NCBI GenBank assembly: GCA_965216785.1
Contig: OZ244197.1
Coordinates: 1,792,001-1,856,000 of the forward strand
Direction of reading: 5' to 3'
From: Thermodesulfobacteriota bacterium
Lineage (GTDB): Bacteria > Desulfobacterota_D > UBA1144 > Nemesobacterales > UBA2774
DNA length: 64,000 nt
The notes beneath the pieces are model-generated. The model made no database searches and was not told the DNA's origin. It was given only the letters and a program-made list of their open reading frames with translations. Positions 48,409-58,388 of this stretch are shown in pieces. The first letter of the stretch is position 1; the number at the start of each line of letters is the position of its first letter. A program made the translations under genes and the position numbers.

Positions 48409-49695
48409 ATGCATGTTGCAGTTATAGGTAACGGGATTACAGGGGTTTCGGCCGCAATCCGCATAAGAGAGTTAAGGCCCGAATGGAAAATTACTATGAT
48501 TTCGGGCGAGAGCGATTATCACTATTCCCGGCCCTCGCTGATGTACATATACATGGGGCACATGCGCTATCGGGAGGCAAAGCCCTATGAAAACAGTTTC
48601 TGGGACAGAAACGATATCGGGCTCTTAAGAGACTGGGTTTTGGAAATCGACACCGACGCCAAAAGGCTCATTATGCATTCAAACGACCCCGTTTACTACG
48701 ATAAACTCCTTATCGCTACAGGGTCCAAGTCCAATAAATTCGGCTGGCCCGGGCAGGACTTAAAGGGCGTGCAGGGGCTTTACGACCTTATGGATCTGCG
48801 GGAGCTGCATGAGAATTCACAAGGTGTTAAGAACGCTGTAATCGTCGGGGGAGGCCTGATCGGCATAGAGCTTGGAGAGATGCTTCATTCAAGGGGAATT
48901 CACGTCACTTTTTTAGTTAGAGAGAACTCTTACTGGGATAATGTGCTTCCGGCACAGGAATCGGTCTTGATAAACCGGGTGATTGAGCAGGAAGGAATGG
49001 AGCTAAGACTCGGGACCGAGCTTAAGGAAATACTAGGAGACCGCTCCGGGCGCGTTCGCGGCGTTACAACGAGCGCGGGTGAGCTTATAGAGTGCGCTCT
49101 TGTAGGGCTTACAGCGGGCGTGAGCCCGAACATAGACCTGGTGAGGGACCACGAGATCCCAACAGGTCGAGGGGTACTCGTTGACCGGGGGTTCAGGACC
49201 GGCGTCGAAGACATATACTCGGCGGGGGACTGCGCCGAGATCATCACCCCGGGAGAGGGGAGAAACCTGATACAGCAGGTGTGGTACACGGGGAAGATGC
49301 AGGGAAAAGCGGCGGGGGAATCGATAGCCGGCCTCGACACTGCATACGAGCCGGGCGTATGGTACAACTCAGCAAAGTTCGTAAACCTCGAATATCAGAT
49401 TTACGGTACGGTGAATAACGCTCAAGGCACGCTCGATATTCAGGGAGAGAAAAACCTCTACTGGGAGCACGAAAACAAAAAGCATGCTCTCCGCCTGGTG
49501 CATGACGGAAATTCAATACTGGGCATTAATACTATGGGACTACGCTACCGTCACCGCATATGTGAGTCCTGGATAAAGGAGAAGCGCTCTGTCGAATACG
49601 TCCTGGATAACCTTAGGGAAGCGAATTTCGATCCCGAATTCTTCAGAAGATATGAAAGCGAAATTGTAGGGAGTTTAAAGGAGCAGCGCGCATGA
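48409..49695 (+). CDS. FAD-dependent pyridine nucleotide-disulfide oxidoreductase
   Basis: VIGNGITG, LLIATGS, GGGLIGIE, YSAGDCA; probable ATG at 48409. Confidence 0.85.
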   Translation: MHVAVIGNGITGVSAAIRIRELRPEWKITMISGESDYHYSRPSLMYIYMGHMRYREAKPYENSFWDRNDIGLLRDWVLEIDTDAKRLIMHSNDPVYYDKLLIATGSKSNKFGWPGQDLKGVQGLYDLMDLRELHENSQGVKNAVIVGGGLIGIELGEMLHSRGIHVTFLVRENSYWDNVLPAQESVLINRVIEQEGMELRLGTELKEILGDRSGRVRGVTTSAGELIECALVGLTAGVSPNIDLVRDHEIPTGRGVLVDRGFRTGVEDIYSAGDCAEIITPGEGRNLIQQVWYTGKMQGKAAGESIAGLDTAYEPGVWYNSAKFVNLEYQIYGTVNNAQGTLDIQGEKNLYWEHENKKHALRLVHDGNSILGINTMGLRYRHRICESWIKEKRSVEYVLDNLREANFDPEFFRRYESEIVGSLKEQRA

Positions 49696-51089
49696 TAGAC
49701 GTAAGGACTCTTGATCACGGTTACGACGAGGAAAAGCTCGGATTCCCTGAGCCCCCGAAAGCCGAGGAGCGAAGGCTCGACGTATGGGAGAAACTCTCAC
49801 TCTCACTCGTGGGTCTGGGCGTCTTATTTTTTATAGTCCTACTATTCAATACGCCTCTCAGGGGCACCTGGCCCGGGTTTATTCTGGCATTCGCCCCTAT
49901 GACGGCGGGAGGCGCTCTATATTTCTGGCTTGGCTACAAAAACACCGTGCCCGGCATAAAAAACGACAGGAACTTCTATAGGAATATTACATCGCGCGGA
50001 AGTCTCGGCTGGATAGCGGGCATACTGATGACAGGCTTTTACATAGTGCTTTACTGGTGGCCCCAGTACCTTGAAGGAGGGGTAAGGCTAGTTGATCCGT
50101 CTTCCTACGCTATATCCGGGGCGCCCGCTACACACTGGTTCCTCTACGGTTTTATTTACACGCTCGCCGTCCTCGTATTCGGCATACGTATGCTCATGCG
50201 CTACCGAGGGAACCGCTACCAGCAGATAAGGACTCTTTCCGTAATGTTCTTTCAGCTAGGGTTTGCTTTCATACTCCCTAACATCCTCATGATCTTTAAT
50301 CAGCCTGAATATTACTTTTCATACTTCTGGCCGCTTAAGTATGACTACCTGTTTCCCGGCACTGTGAGCTACCTGGCAAACAGTCCCGGAGGCTTCGGTG
50401 TGTTCTTTATCTTCTGGGGATTGGTCATGTCCTTTTTCGCGGTTCCCGTACTTACCTATTTCTTCGGCAAGAGGTGGTACTGCTCATGGGTCTGCGGCTG
50501 CGGAGGGCTTGCCGAGACCCTCGGGGATCCGTGGAGACAGCTCTCGGATAAATCCCTCAAGGCATGGCGGATCGAGCGCTGGATGATCCATACCGTGCTC
50601 GTACTGATAGTCATTGTAACAGCAGCGCTCTGGATTAACTCCGCGACCCAGGGGAAAGTGCTGGGCGAGTTCTCGGGAGCGGCGGCAAAGTGGTACGGGT
50701 TTTTCATAGGCGCGATATTCTCAGGCGTCGTAGGAGTAGGGTTCTACCCTCTCATGGGAAGCCGCGTATGGTGCCGCTTCGGATGCCCGCTCGCTGCCAC
50801 TCTGGGCATATTCCAGCGCTATTTCTCTAGATTCAGGATTACCACAAACGGCGGGCAGTGCATGTCTTGCGGCAACTGCTCGACATACTGCGAGATGGGT
50901 ATTGACGTGCGCTCCTACGCGCAAAAAGGCGAGAACATCATCCGCGCCTCCTGCGTAGGCTGCGGGGTGTGCAGCGCGGTGTGCCCTTCGGGTGTGCTAA
51001 GGCTCGAAGGCGGCTCCTATAAAAACCGCTACAAGAGAGCGGACGACCCTGTGCAGGCGTTCATAGATTCCATAAAGCACCTGCCTTGA
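49692..51089 (+). CDS. Membrane-bound 4Fe-4S polyferredoxin (NapH/MauN-like)
   Basis: Multiple TMs; YCSWVCGCG, WCRFGCP, two CxxCxxCxxxC motifs. Confidence 0.82.
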   Translation: MIDVRTLDHGYDEEKLGFPEPPKAEERRLDVWEKLSLSLVGLGVLFFIVLLFNTPLRGTWPGFILAFAPMTAGGALYFWLGYKNTVPGIKNDRNFYRNITSRGSLGWIAGILMTGFYIVLYWWPQYLEGGVRLVDPSSYAISGAPATHWFLYGFIYTLAVLVFGIRMLMRYRGNRYQQIRTLSVMFFQLGFAFILPNILMIFNQPEYYFSYFWPLKYDYLFPGTVSYLANSPGGFGVFFIFWGLVMSFFAVPVLTYFFGKRWYCSWVCGCGGLAETLGDPWRQLSDKSLKAWRIERWMIHTVLVLIVIVTAALWINSATQGKVLGEFSGAAAKWYGFFIGAIFSGVVGVGFYPLMGSRVWCRFGCPLAATLGIFQRYFSRFRITTNGGQCMSCGNCSTYCEMGIDVRSYAQKGENIIRASCVGCGVCSAVCPSGVLRLEGGSYKNRYKRADDPVQAFIDSIKHLP

Positions 51090-51193
51090 CAGCTCTCATG
51101 TGAATTCCATATCAATTTACAGTTAGCCGGGGTATCTTGTGCGCCAATCCTCCTATTGAACCGCTATACAAAAACAATTAGACTCCCTTTCGT

Positions 51194-53608
51194 ATGAGTG
51201 AATACGCCCATATCGCCGTACCCATACCCGGAGAGGAGTACTATACGTATAAAGTGCCCGAGCGTCTTAAAGAAGGCGCGGCTTTGGGTAAACGCGTCCT
51301 CGTGCCCTTTAGGAACAGGCGGCTTATCGGCTTCATAGTAGGTTTCGGCGACACCCCGCCCGAGTTTAAGCTCCGGGATATACTGGACATTTTAGATGAA
51401 GAGCCTTTATTTGATAAAAAGAGGCTCGAGTTCTTAAAGTGGATCTCGGATTACTACCTTACCTCGCTTGGAATCGTGCTTAAGGCCGCTCATCCGGGCG
51501 GGCTGGGCGTGAGCGTTAAGAGAAAGATCAAACTTACCGAGCAAGGGCTCTCTGCTCTGACTGAGGACCGCTTTACCGATCATGAAAGGTTAGTGTTAAA
51601 TACCATAGAAAACTCGGGTGAGATTACTTCTCAGAAGCTCCTGGGCCTAATTCAGAACACTTCAAACGAGCTTCTTAACTCGCTCAGACGAAGGGGGCTC
51701 ATTGCGTTTGACTACGAGCTGCACTCTGACCCCAAGGTAAAGACAAGGAAAATAATCGCGGCCAAAGCGGGAGCTTCTTTAATGAGCCCGCTGCTTCAAA
51801 GAAAGCACGCTAAAACGGATATACTGGAATTCATTCTCACGCACGCCAGAGTGCCGCTTGATGATTTGAAGGAAATATTCGGCAACGTGAGTGCCCACAT
51901 CCCGTGGCTTGAGGAAAAGGAGTTTATACAGATTGAGCTTGAAGAGGTCGTGCGGGACCCGTTTGCGGATATCCGGATAGAGCGGGACACGCCGCCCGAG
52001 CTAAGCCCGGATCAGAAGTCATCTTTAAAGAAGGTTTCAGAGGCGATAGCTAAAGGCGGGTACTCTCCGTTCCTGCTCCACGGCGTCACAGGGAGCGGGA
52101 AGACCGAGATATATCTTAGAGCGATAGCGGAGGTGATAGAGCAGGGCAAGCAGGCGGTCGTGCTTGTTCCCGAGATTTCACTAACCCCCCAGCTAGTCAA
52201 GCGGTTCAGGGCAAGATTTGGTAAAAAGATCGCCGTTATACACAGCTCGCTTTCAGACGGCGAGCGCTTCGACGCCTGGCGCATAGCCAGCAGGGGGGAG
52301 GTTGATGTAGTTATCGGCGCGCGCTCAGCCATATTCGCCCCGTTCAACAACATAGGCATAATCGTTGTAGATGAGGAGCACGAGACTACGTACAAGCAGG
52401 AAGAAGCCCCTTCTTACAATGCGAGGGACCTTGCCTTGGTGCTTGGAAAGATGACAGGATCTGTAGTGCTTCTGGGCTCGGCGACCCCGTCTCTTGAGTC
52501 TTACCATAATGCGGTTAAGCATAAATTCGGCTATCTGTCGCTGCCGCTGAGAGTGCAGGACAGGCCACTTCCGGAGGTCTCTGTCGTCGACATGAAATCT
52601 GAAGACGCGTCCGTATTCTCCGGCGCCTTAAAGAGCGCAATTCAAAAAAACGTCGAAGATAAGAAGCAGACTATACTCTTTTTAAACAGAAGGGGGTTCT
52701 CTACACTTATAATCTGCCCGTCCTGCGGCGATACGCTAAAGTGCCCTAACTGCTCGGTGACCCTCACTTACCACGCGCGGGAGGACTCGGTAAAGTGTCA
52801 TCTGTGCGGGCTGTCTGAGAAAATGAAGCCGGAGTGCGGCGAGTGCGGAGCTGACCTCAGGGGGCTCGGGATAGGCACTCAGAAGGTGGAAGAGGAGCTA
52901 AGAGCCATGCTCCCCGGCGCTGTGCTTGCCAGAATGGACAGGGACTCGGTGGCGGGAAAGTCAAAACTTCTTAGGCTTTATGAGAGGCTTGAAAGGGGCG
53001 AGGTGGACGTGCTCATTGGAACGCAAATGGTGGCGAAGGGGCACGACTTGCCGGGAGTGACTCTCGTGGGCGTGATATCAGCCGACATTTCACTCGGCAT
53101 TCCCGACTTCCGCTCGGGCGAGCGTACGTTTCAGCTCGTCACTCAGGTTGCGGGAAGAGCGGGGCGCGGGAGCGACCCCGGGCGCGTCATAGTGCAGACG
53201 TTTAACCCCGAGCACCCGAGCATAACTCACGCCGTAAAACAGGACAGTGTCGGCTACCTTCGGGAAGAGATTAAATTAAGGGAGGACCTTGGATACCCGC
53301 CGTTTTCCAGACTGGTGAATGTGCGGTTTTCAGGTACTAAGGAGCTTGAGACCAAGGGCGTGGCCGATAAGGCGGGAGGTATCGCCAAGAAACTCGCTTC
53401 AAAGCTCCCTGCGGGAGCGATCGAGATACTGGGGCCTTCCCCTTGTCCTATAAGCAAGATGAGTAACCGCTACCGTTTTCAGATGCTCGTGAAATCCGGG
53501 TCCACAGGCGTAATTCACGGATTTTCAAAGAAGCTCTTAGCGCTAATGTCAGACGTCGCGGGACCCGTGAGGGTATCGGTGGATATTGACCCTTATAATT
53601 TTAGCTGA
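51194..53608 (+). CDS. priA: Primosomal protein N'
   Basis: GVTGSGKTE, DEEH, LNRRG, Cys-rich region, QVAGRAGR. Confidence 0.96.
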   Translation: MSEYAHIAVPIPGEEYYTYKVPERLKEGAALGKRVLVPFRNRRLIGFIVGFGDTPPEFKLRDILDILDEEPLFDKKRLEFLKWISDYYLTSLGIVLKAAHPGGLGVSVKRKIKLTEQGLSALTEDRFTDHERLVLNTIENSGEITSQKLLGLIQNTSNELLNSLRRRGLIAFDYELHSDPKVKTRKIIAAKAGASLMSPLLQRKHAKTDILEFILTHARVPLDDLKEIFGNVSAHIPWLEEKEFIQIELEEVVRDPFADIRIERDTPPELSPDQKSSLKKVSEAIAKGGYSPFLLHGVTGSGKTEIYLRAIAEVIEQGKQAVVLVPEISLTPQLVKRFRARFGKKIAVIHSSLSDGERFDAWRIASRGEVDVVIGARSAIFAPFNNIGIIVVDEEHETTYKQEEAPSYNARDLALVLGKMTGSVVLLGSATPSLESYHNAVKHKFGYLSLPLRVQDRPLPEVSVVDMKSEDASVFSGALKSAIQKNVEDKKQTILFLNRRGFSTLIICPSCGDTLKCPNCSVTLTYHAREDSVKCHLCGLSEKMKPECGECGADLRGLGIGTQKVEEELRAMLPGAVLARMDRDSVAGKSKLLRLYERLERGEVDVLIGTQMVAKGHDLPGVTLVGVISADISLGIPDFRSGERTFQLVTQVAGRAGRGSDPGRVIVQTFNPEHPSITHAVKQDSVGYLREEIKLREDLGYPPFSRLVNVRFSGTKELETKGVADKAGGIAKKLASKLPAGAIEILGPSPCPISKMSNRYRFQMLVKSGSTGVIHGFSKKLLALMSDVAGPVRVSVDIDPYNFS

Positions 53609-53775
53609 AAAGATTGAATAAACTCATATGGGGACAGAGGCAGACGCATGTCACCGCAAATAATAATATTAGAACTGGCATCTACATACCTAAAACTGCC
53701 TCATAACTAATCACACCCCCGTCTTTTATGGTACAATCTTGTTGTCGGACTAAAATCACATAGCGAGGCGCTACG

Positions 53776-54141
53776 ATGGTCGAGAAAAGACAGCAGAGAA
53801 AAACCGGGGCAAGGGGCGGCGCAAAACGCGCGTCCCGGGGAGCGGGCGCGAGGTCCAAAAGCTCTGAAAAAGAAGTTGACCTGGCCGACCTTGAGAAAGC
53901 TGGTGAGCATTTACTAATGAGCGCCGCGGAGCTGTTTGTGGGCGCTGGGTTTGCTATCAAAGGATTAAAGGGGCTTTTGGAGGACGAGCAGGGCAGAAAA
54001 TTCCTGCGCGATCTTCCGTTTAATGTAGTATCAAAGAGTTTTGAGATGGTCAAAGAGGCAGAAGAGGAATATAGAGCCAGGAAAGGGGCAAAAGGGAAAG
54101 CTAATAAGTCCAAAAGAAGCAGGAAAATAACCGTTGAATAG
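53776..54141 (+). CDS. Hypothetical basic protein
   Basis: GAGG upstream; overlaps the glnE start. Confidence 0.55.
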   Translation: MVEKRQQRKTGARGGAKRASRGAGARSKSSEKEVDLADLEKAGEHLLMSAAELFVGAGFAIKGLKGLLEDEQGRKFLRDLPFNVVSKSFEMVKEAEEEYRARKGAKGKANKSKRSRKITVE

Positions 54142-56917
54142 AGTTTTACCCGATCCGGACAATGCCCGGACCACCGTACTCCGTTACAAAGAGCAGCATA
54201 AGAGGATATCAAAGTCTAAAAAAGATATACTCGAGCTTCTATCTTCGAACAGTTGCTTTATTTCAAGAGTTCTTCTTAAGTATCCGGAAATACTCGAATA
54301 TTTATCACAATCCGCAGAAGTAAAGAAAAAGAAGCTTCCATCTGTCTATAACCGTGAAGCGTACAATATTGCAGTTGCCTCAGCTTCGGCAAACGAGCTT
54401 CAATCTTCACTCAGAGCATACAAATATAAAGAGCTTAGCAGGATTTTATACCGCGATCTGATGAGCTTTGAGAGCTTCCCAGGGGTAATGGAAGAGCTCT
54501 CGGATCTAGCGTGCGCGGTTTTAGGGGCTGCCGTAACGTATTTTAGAAGGGAGCTCGGGATAGAGAACCACGGTGAGTTTGTTGTGCTGGGCATGGGCAA
54601 GCTGGGGGGCAGAGAGCTGAACCTGAGCTCTGACATCGACCTTATCTATCTATACCGGGATATAAAAGACCCGGAGCCCTTTTTTAAGCTTGCCGAGAGC
54701 GTTACAAAATCTCTAAGCGCTGTTACAGAGGACGGGTTTCTCTACAGAGTCGACCTTGGGCTCAGGCCCGGGGGCGGTAAGAGCACAGTTGCCGTCACTA
54801 TTGAAGGCGCGCTTGAGCATTACTTTTACTGGGGAGATACGTGGGAGAGGGCCGCGATGATCAAAGCCCGGCCGGTGGCCGGGGATATAGAGCTCGGCGG
54901 GGAATTTATACGGGAGATTGAGCCCTTTGTATATAAGAAATTCCTTGACTACGCGTCGATAGAAAATCTAAAAGACATGAAGACCAAGCTCGACCGTTTG
55001 CAAAAGAAAAGGGACGTAAAGCTCGGGAAGGGAGGGATCAGGGAGATTGAGTTTTTTGTTCAGGCGCTTCAGCTGGTGAACGGCGGGGAGATAAAGGAGA
55101 TAAGAGGAAGGAATACGCTCGAGACCCTGGACAGGCTCAAGAACACTCATATAATTGACGATGAAGTTCACGAGAAACTCGGCTCTTCATATGTATTCCT
55201 TAGGAAAGTTGAGCACTATATACAACTGGTCGAAGAAAGACAAACTCACAAGATTCCGACTAACCCCGAAGATATCGAAAGGCTTGCGCTCCGCTCGGGT
55301 TTTAAGGATCTAAAAGAGTTTGAGAAAAACTATAAAGAAAATACAGATACTGTCTCGGGGATTTATCAGATGCTCTTTCACGAACCGTCCCGGAAAACGC
55401 AGCAGGCGGGTAAGGAGTTCTGGGAAGTAGCGGATTTTCTGACCGCGGGGAATATCTCCGAGGAAGAAGCGCTGGAAAACCTCACCAAGCTCGGTTTTAC
55501 ACGCCCTGAGACTGCCATACAGCTATTTTCAACGCTTCTCGATCCCAGAAGGGGTGGACTTACGGAAGAGGGCAGGGTCGCAATGAAAAAAGTTGTTCCC
55601 GCTTTCCTGGGCGGGATATTAAAGTCCCCTGACCCAGATGCGGCATTATTAAATGTAGAACGGTTCATCTCTTCAGTGGGGCTTAGGACCTCTATCTATG
55701 CCGTATTGTCCGAAAACCCTGACATCATTGAGCTTTTGGCAAAGCTCTTTTCCACTAGCGGTTACCTGTCGGGATTCTTAATCCGCCACCCCGAGTACCT
55801 TGACGCGCTCACATTAAAGGATGTGCGCACAGAGTTCGAATCAAAAGAAGACATGCTCGAGCAGCTTTGGGAAATGCTTTCAGGGGAGAAAGACTATGAA
55901 TCTAAGCTCGATGCGCTCAGGAACTTCAAGCACGCGGAAACACTCAAGATATGCCTGAGGGACCTAAACGGAGAGGTCGATCCATTCTATGTAGGGAGCT
56001 ATCTTTCTATGACTGCCGAGGCTGTGCTCGAAGCGGGAATGTGCCTTGCCTGGGAGGAGCTTCCGAGCTCCGTTCGAAAAAGAAAGTCCCTTCCTAAGAT
56101 GCTGGTGCTCGGGCTCGGTAAGCTCGGGGGCGGCGAGATGAGCTATAACTCTGACCTTGATATTATGTTTATTTACGAGGGGGCTGACCACGAGCTTTAC
56201 TCAAAGTTCGGGCAGAAGGTAATATCGGTGCTCTCTGTACCGACAGGTGCGGGTTACGCTTATAAGATCGATATGGGGCTAAGGCCCTCGGGCCGCTCAG
56301 GCGCACTGGTGACGTCGTTTGACTCCTTTAAGACCTACCATGAGCAGAGCGCACTTGTGTGGGAGAGGCAGTCCCTGATCAGGGCCAAGGTGTCCGCAGG
56401 GGATAAGGAGCTCGGTAAAAAGGTGATGGAGCAGGTCGAACGCTTCGTATACACGGAGCCACTCGACCCCGGGTTTTATAAAGAGATCTACAAGCTCAGG
56501 GGGCGGATGGAGCAAGAGCTCGCAAAGGAGAATCAAAAGAAGGTTAATATTAAGACCGGTAGGGGCGGTATCGTAGACATTGAGTTTTTAGTGCAGATGC
56601 TCCAGCTTCGTCATGGCAGGGAGCACAAGGAGCTTCGTAAAAGGAACACGGCGGAAGCGCTCGATGCTTTAAAAGATGCAAAAATAATACTCAAGAAAGA
56701 GTATCTTTTACTTAACGGTGGGCTATTCTTTTTAAAGAAAATGGAGAATCTGCTGAGACTACTGCACGACCGCTCTATTAACGAGCTTTATGAGAGCGAT
56801 TTTCAAAAGCTAGCGGCTGAGCTCGATATGGGGGCTACGGTTGAGGAGCTGAGGCAGAAATACGAATCCAAAACCGTAAAGATCAGAGAAATTTATGAAA
56901 AGTATTTCACAAATTGA
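54134..56917 (+). CDS. glnE: Glutamine synthetase adenylyltransferase / adenylyl-removing enzyme
   Basis: Two nucleotidyltransferase domains GKLGG.E...SD.D, LRP.G, WER, K.G.GGI..IEF. Confidence 0.93.
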   Translation: MNRVLPDPDNARTTVLRYKEQHKRISKSKKDILELLSSNSCFISRVLLKYPEILEYLSQSAEVKKKKLPSVYNREAYNIAVASASANELQSSLRAYKYKELSRILYRDLMSFESFPGVMEELSDLACAVLGAAVTYFRRELGIENHGEFVVLGMGKLGGRELNLSSDIDLIYLYRDIKDPEPFFKLAESVTKSLSAVTEDGFLYRVDLGLRPGGGKSTVAVTIEGALEHYFYWGDTWERAAMIKARPVAGDIELGGEFIREIEPFVYKKFLDYASIENLKDMKTKLDRLQKKRDVKLGKGGIREIEFFVQALQLVNGGEIKEIRGRNTLETLDRLKNTHIIDDEVHEKLGSSYVFLRKVEHYIQLVEERQTHKIPTNPEDIERLALRSGFKDLKEFEKNYKENTDTVSGIYQMLFHEPSRKTQQAGKEFWEVADFLTAGNISEEEALENLTKLGFTRPETAIQLFSTLLDPRRGGLTEEGRVAMKKVVPAFLGGILKSPDPDAALLNVERFISSVGLRTSIYAVLSENPDIIELLAKLFSTSGYLSGFLIRHPEYLDALTLKDVRTEFESKEDMLEQLWEMLSGEKDYESKLDALRNFKHAETLKICLRDLNGEVDPFYVGSYLSMTAEAVLEAGMCLAWEELPSSVRKRKSLPKMLVLGLGKLGGGEMSYNSDLDIMFIYEGADHELYSKFGQKVISVLSVPTGAGYAYKIDMGLRPSGRSGALVTSFDSFKTYHEQSALVWERQSLIRAKVSAGDKELGKKVMEQVERFVYTEPLDPGFYKEIYKLRGRMEQELAKENQKKVNIKTGRGGIVDIEFLVQMLQLRHGREHKELRKRNTAEALDALKDAKIILKKEYLLLNGGLFFLKKMENLLRLLHDRSINELYESDFQKLAAELDMGATVEELRQKYESKTVKIREIYEKYFTN

Positions 56918-56950
56918 TAATATATACTGAAGCGAGGGTGAACACTTTAT

Positions 56951-58366
56951 ATGTCTCAATATAAAAGCTGTATTTTCTTTATGGCCGACGGAGCCAGGGC
57001 CGATGTATTCTCTATGCTGATGGAGCGGGGTGATTTGCCCAATATCTCTAAGTACATTGTTGAAAAAGGCTCATACCGTGAAGCCGTATCTGTCTTTCCT
57101 TCGACCACTGGGCCTGCCTATACTCCTTACATTCTAGGCGTGTATCCGGGAAGGTGCAATCTTCCTGGGATAAGGTGGTTCGATAGGGCTAAATTTGAGA
57201 ACCGCAGGAAGCTTCTTTCATTCGAGAGGTTCAGAAGCTACATCGGGCTTGAGACGTATTTTATGAACAGCGATGTTACAAAGGATAACAAGAGCGTGTT
57301 TGAGATTTTCCCAAGGAGCGTGAATATCTTAAACGAGCTCTCCCGCGGCGTTAAATTCAGAAACGACAGGACTCGTTTCTCTAAGCTCTACTATAAGGTT
57401 AAAAGCCATTTTACGGAAAAGACTAATGAGGTAGATCAGGTAGCCAGAAAGATACTCCTTGACTCTTTGAAGGAGTTTCCGGAGTACGTATACGCGGTTT
57501 TTCTGGGTATTGATACCTACTCTCACGTAGGACACCCCTTTCACAAAATGACTCTCGAGTCTTACCGTCTGATCGATGAGACTGTAGGCGCCGCCGCCAA
57601 GTTCCTCGAAAATGAGGGCAGGCTAGAAGAGACGCTGCTTGTGGTAGCGAGCGATCACGGACTCAGCCAGTCGCATTCACACTTTGACACCCTGGGGTTT
57701 ATGCGCAAATCAGGGTATAAGACTCTTGGGTATACCAACGTGCTAAAACACTTCACCGACGCGGATTCTGCATGCATGGTTTCGGGGAACGCTATGAGTA
57801 ACCTGTACGTTAAGAGCCCGGAAGGGTGGAGCAGGAGGTCTACGTTTGAGGAAATGGAAGCGCTCATCGAGAGGCTTGTAGAGAGAGCTGAGATCGATAT
57901 TCTGGCCGGGTTAGACGCTGAGGGCAGAACCAGGATAAAAAGCATGAGAGGGGAGGCGCTGGCCTGGATTGATGGAAAGGGACTGTTAAATTACAAGAAA
58001 TTAAAGGGTGATCCGTTTGGTTATAACGGTGTGCCCGGTAAAATGACATCTGAAGAGGCTCTGGACAAGACTTACAGCACAGATTACCCGGACGGAATAG
58101 AGCAGCTCGTACAAATTTTGGAGTCTCCGAGAACAGGGGATCTGGTACTTAGCGCAACTTCAGGGTATGACCTGAGGGCTACAGACGAGAACCCCGAGCA
58201 CTGCTCTTCACACGGCTCGCTTCACCGTGACCATATGATAATGCCCCTTGTTATAAACCATAAGCTAAAGAAAGACAAAGTCAGATCGGTAGATCTATAT
58301 CCTACAATTTTAGAGCTTATGGGATACCCTCTCCCGGATAAATTCGACGGGGTAAGCCTCGCATGA
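56951..58366 (+). CDS. Alkaline phosphatase superfamily (nucleotide pyrophosphatase/phosphodiesterase-like)
   Basis: DGARAD, SVFPSTT, DTYSH, SDHG, SHGS. Confidence 0.85.
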   Translation: MSQYKSCIFFMADGARADVFSMLMERGDLPNISKYIVEKGSYREAVSVFPSTTGPAYTPYILGVYPGRCNLPGIRWFDRAKFENRRKLLSFERFRSYIGLETYFMNSDVTKDNKSVFEIFPRSVNILNELSRGVKFRNDRTRFSKLYYKVKSHFTEKTNEVDQVARKILLDSLKEFPEYVYAVFLGIDTYSHVGHPFHKMTLESYRLIDETVGAAAKFLENEGRLEETLLVVASDHGLSQSHSHFDTLGFMRKSGYKTLGYTNVLKHFTDADSACMVSGNAMSNLYVKSPEGWSRRSTFEEMEALIERLVERAEIDILAGLDAEGRTRIKSMRGEALAWIDGKGLLNYKKLKGDPFGYNGVPGKMTSEEALDKTYSTDYPDGIEQLVQILESPRTGDLVLSATSGYDLRATDENPEHCSSHGSLHRDHMIMPLVINHKLKKDKVRSVDLYPTILELMGYPLPDKFDGVSLA

Positions 58367-58388
58367 TCTGTATAGTGCTTTGAGCCAC

